Below, piece after piece: positions 61,485 to 64,000 of a stretch of 64,000 bases of DNA. This DNA comes from Mustelus asterias (Eukaryota). Where the stretch lies: NCBI RefSeq assembly GCF_964213995.1, contig NC_135827.1, positions 3,224,001 to 3,288,000 on the forward strand, in the 5' to 3' direction. Made by a program: the position numbers and the translations under genes. The notes beneath the pieces are model-generated. The model made no database searches, was not told where the DNA came from, and saw only the letters and a program-made list of their open reading frames with translations. Every line of letters starts with the position of its first letter. Position 1 is the stretch's first letter.

Positions 61485-62070
61485 ACACATAGGAACAGGA
61501 GTAAACCATTCAGCCCATCGAGCCTGATGCATCATTCAGTGAGATCATGGCTGATATGCAGCCTAACTCCGTATACCTGTCTTTGGCCCAAATCCCTCAA
61601 TGCTTTCGCTTAACAAAAAATGTATCTATCTCAGATTTAAAGTCAACTGCTGTTTGTGGAAGAGAGTTCCAAACCTCTCTCACCCTTTATGGGTAGAAGT
61701 GCTTCGTAACATCTCTCCAGAACAGTCTGGCCCTCATTTTTAGACTATGCCCCATAGTTCTCGAGTCTCCAACCAGTGGAAATAGTTTGTCTACCCTGCC
61801 TTTTCCTGTTAATATCTTGAAGACTTCGATCAGATCATCCCTTAACCTTCTAAATTCTAGAAAGGACAGGTCTAATATGTCCAGTCTCTCCTCACAATTA
61901 AACACTTGAAGTCCAGGTCTCATTCTTGTAATCTCATTCCTGCAATCCCTCCAAGGCCAATATATTCTTCCTAAGGTGTGGTGCCCAGATCAGCTCACAG
62001 TGATTCCAAGTGGGCTCTAACCAGGTTTTTGTATGGCTGCAGCAAAACTTCTGCGTTCTTATGCTCCAGT
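61485..62070 (-). mobile_element. CR1 3' fragment
   Basis: ORF LEFRRLRDDLIEVFKIL...SRTMGHSLKMR and a CR1 3' UTR. Confidence 0.85.
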
Positions 62071-62106
62071 GAAAAATCAAACTCAAAGGAATTGACAAAC
62101 GACTGT

Positions 62107-62197
62107 GATGTGGATGTTGGAGATCTGAAATACAAACAGAAAATACTGGAAAAGCTCAGGAAGTCTGGCAGCATCTGTGGAGAGAGAAACAGTTAAC
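62107..62197 (-). mobile_element. Penelope-like terminal repeat fragment, family B
   Basis: Homologous to 1057-1150. Confidence 0.55.
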
Positions 62198-62733
62198 GGG
62201 GTGGGATTCTCCAGCCATTCACGCCAGCGAGATTCTCCCCTCCCGCTGCAGTAAACGGAGATTTGGCTGAGTTCCAAAATCACCATTCAGTGCCAGGGGG
62301 CCCAAGCTGCCAATGCCAAGATGACAATGCCCAGGGGGCACACCCCCAACACCCAACCCTCTGGGGGACCTCAATTGTCTCCCTTCCCTCCAGCGGGGTC
62401 AGTCCGCCAGCTCCTCGCAAGTGGGGAGCTATACTAAACCCCGCTGGAGTGAAAGACACCTGGGGGGTGGAGACGAGAGGCTAGCAGGCCTGCAGACGTC
62501 AGTCCCGGGCCCACGAATAACATTTAAATTAGATTTTAATTACATGTTGGATTGATTAGGCCGCTCTGCCCCGATTTCTGGCACAGAGATAACAGTGCCA
62601 GAAATCCGGTGCTGGGAGACGCGCTGAGGCCATGGCGCCCAGCGGGGAGCTCACGAAACGGTGTCCACTAGAGTCTTCTGGCCCATTACGCTGCGCTACA
62701 AAAACAGCACAGCAGGGTGGGAGAATCGCCCCC
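62198..62733. mobile_element. Harbinger-like non-autonomous DNA element
   Basis: TIRs GGGGTGGGATTCTCC / GGAGAATCGCCCCC, with internal homology to 43885-44915. Confidence 0.65.
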
Positions 62734-62995
62734 TTTTGGAATAACATCCACACCAGCCCTATTCCAAAGATCGATGGATCAGATTTTAAGTGGCCTCTCT
62801 GGTGTACAATGTTACCTGGATAATATTCTAATTATAGGGCCCACTGAACAAGAGCACCTGAATAATTTAGAATCAACATTGGAACATCTTCACGCACATG
62901 GTCTGTGTATCAAGAAAGAAAAGTATGGCTTTTTTCAAATGTCACTCCAGTATTTGTTCACATTATCAACGGTAAAAACCTACATAAAGCACCTG
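62732..62995 (+). mobile_element. Gypsy RT remnant
   Basis: PFGITSTPALFQRSMDQILSGLSGVQCYLDNILIIG...EHLNNLE (YLDD motif mutated to YLDN). Confidence 0.85.
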
Positions 62996-63429
62996 GAATT
63001 GAAGCACCACTTCCAGTGAATGTGATAGCTTCGCAAGTTATGCCAAGGATTTGTTTTCTCTATAGAGTGCCTAGTATAAAGGGCATGACTGATGGTAAAT
63101 GCCAAGCAGAATTCCAATCCCCTGAAGGAAACTTGAAACAACATTTATATTTGCAATTTGTATAGTATGAGGAGAGATTTGAAATCCAGAAGTGATGTTT
63201 CCAATTACTTGTGATCATATTATAATAAAGTAAAGGTTTATTAAGAAATAGGAAAAAAAGCAATAAATAAAATAGAATTGCACTTAAATAAGACAATGGC
63301 TTCATACAGTTCCAATATTTCTAAACGGTTCCAAACAATCTTAATTTAACTACCTTCAAAGCTAACTTCCCCATCTGTTCAGCAACAACTTATAGATCTA
63401 TAAGAGTCCAGTCATTTTTCCCACACAGT

Positions 63430-63609
63430 GGGCAGGATTCTCCGGCCGCACTCGCCTCAAAACCAGAGAATCCTGCTGGAGGTCACTGGATTTTTGCATG
63501 ATCCGCCAATGACCAACGCCCGTCCCCCCCCCCCCCCCCCCCCCGCCCCGCACCCCCCTCCCCTGCCGGCTACAATTCCCACGGCAGGCGTGATGGGAAA
63601 ATTCCAGCC
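63430..63609. mobile_element. PIF/Harbinger-like MITE
   Basis: GGGCAGGATTCTCC...GGAAAATTCCAGCC flanked by AGT/AGT. Confidence 0.7.
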
Positions 63610-64000
63610 AGTGCCTTTAATTCTCTCTTGGGTTTTCCTCTGAGATTATCAACAGTTAGTTTTTCAGATCTGGTTTTGTTCACACCCCTTGTTGGGAGTT
63701 TGACCAGCGATTCCTGCTGTCTGCTGAGATCTAAAACATAGTTTTCAGAATCTCCTTAAATACTTTCTTTCCTTCTGATCTCCATTGTCTCACCCAGATT
63801 CTTTCGAACTGTCCTCTCACAGAATTGATTAACGTCATCACTTTACATCAGCTTTAAGAATTTAAAAGAAAAGTGAACTCATTTTATCCATACTTTTCAG
63901 ATGACACCTTTCTTACACACCTTGCATATCTTCTCCTTAGAATCACAACAACCTATCCAAGTCTATTCCTGTCCTGTATCCATCCTTACTAAGTTACCTT

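Overview
Repeat-dense vertebrate genomic DNA, almost certainly from a cartilaginous fish (shark). It is dominated by HE1-type V-SINEs, CR1/HER1-type LINEs, a second tRNA-derived SINE with its partner LINE, SacSINE1/DeuSINE-like relics, Penelope-like elements (PLEs), Gypsy LTR remnants, Rex1/Babar and PIF/Harbinger-like MITEs. It also holds two purine-rich minisatellites and one assembly gap (42329-42765). I identified no intact host gene. The only recognisable host sequence is a frameshifted RPL39 retrocopy (54463-54617, minus), joined without a poly(A) tail to a Penelope 3' terminal repeat. Other highlights: three independent hairpin mini-PLE insertions with target-site duplications; hammerhead-ribozyme-like cores in the PLE termini with a covarying helix II; a very young CR1 family in three near-identical copies, one creating a SINE-head/RT fusion ORF; a local duplication with an inverted segment that preserves an empty SINE site; and weak evidence for decayed minus-strand exons of an unidentified gene. 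All calls were made by eye and family names come from recall, not database searches. Boundaries of old repeats are approximate.
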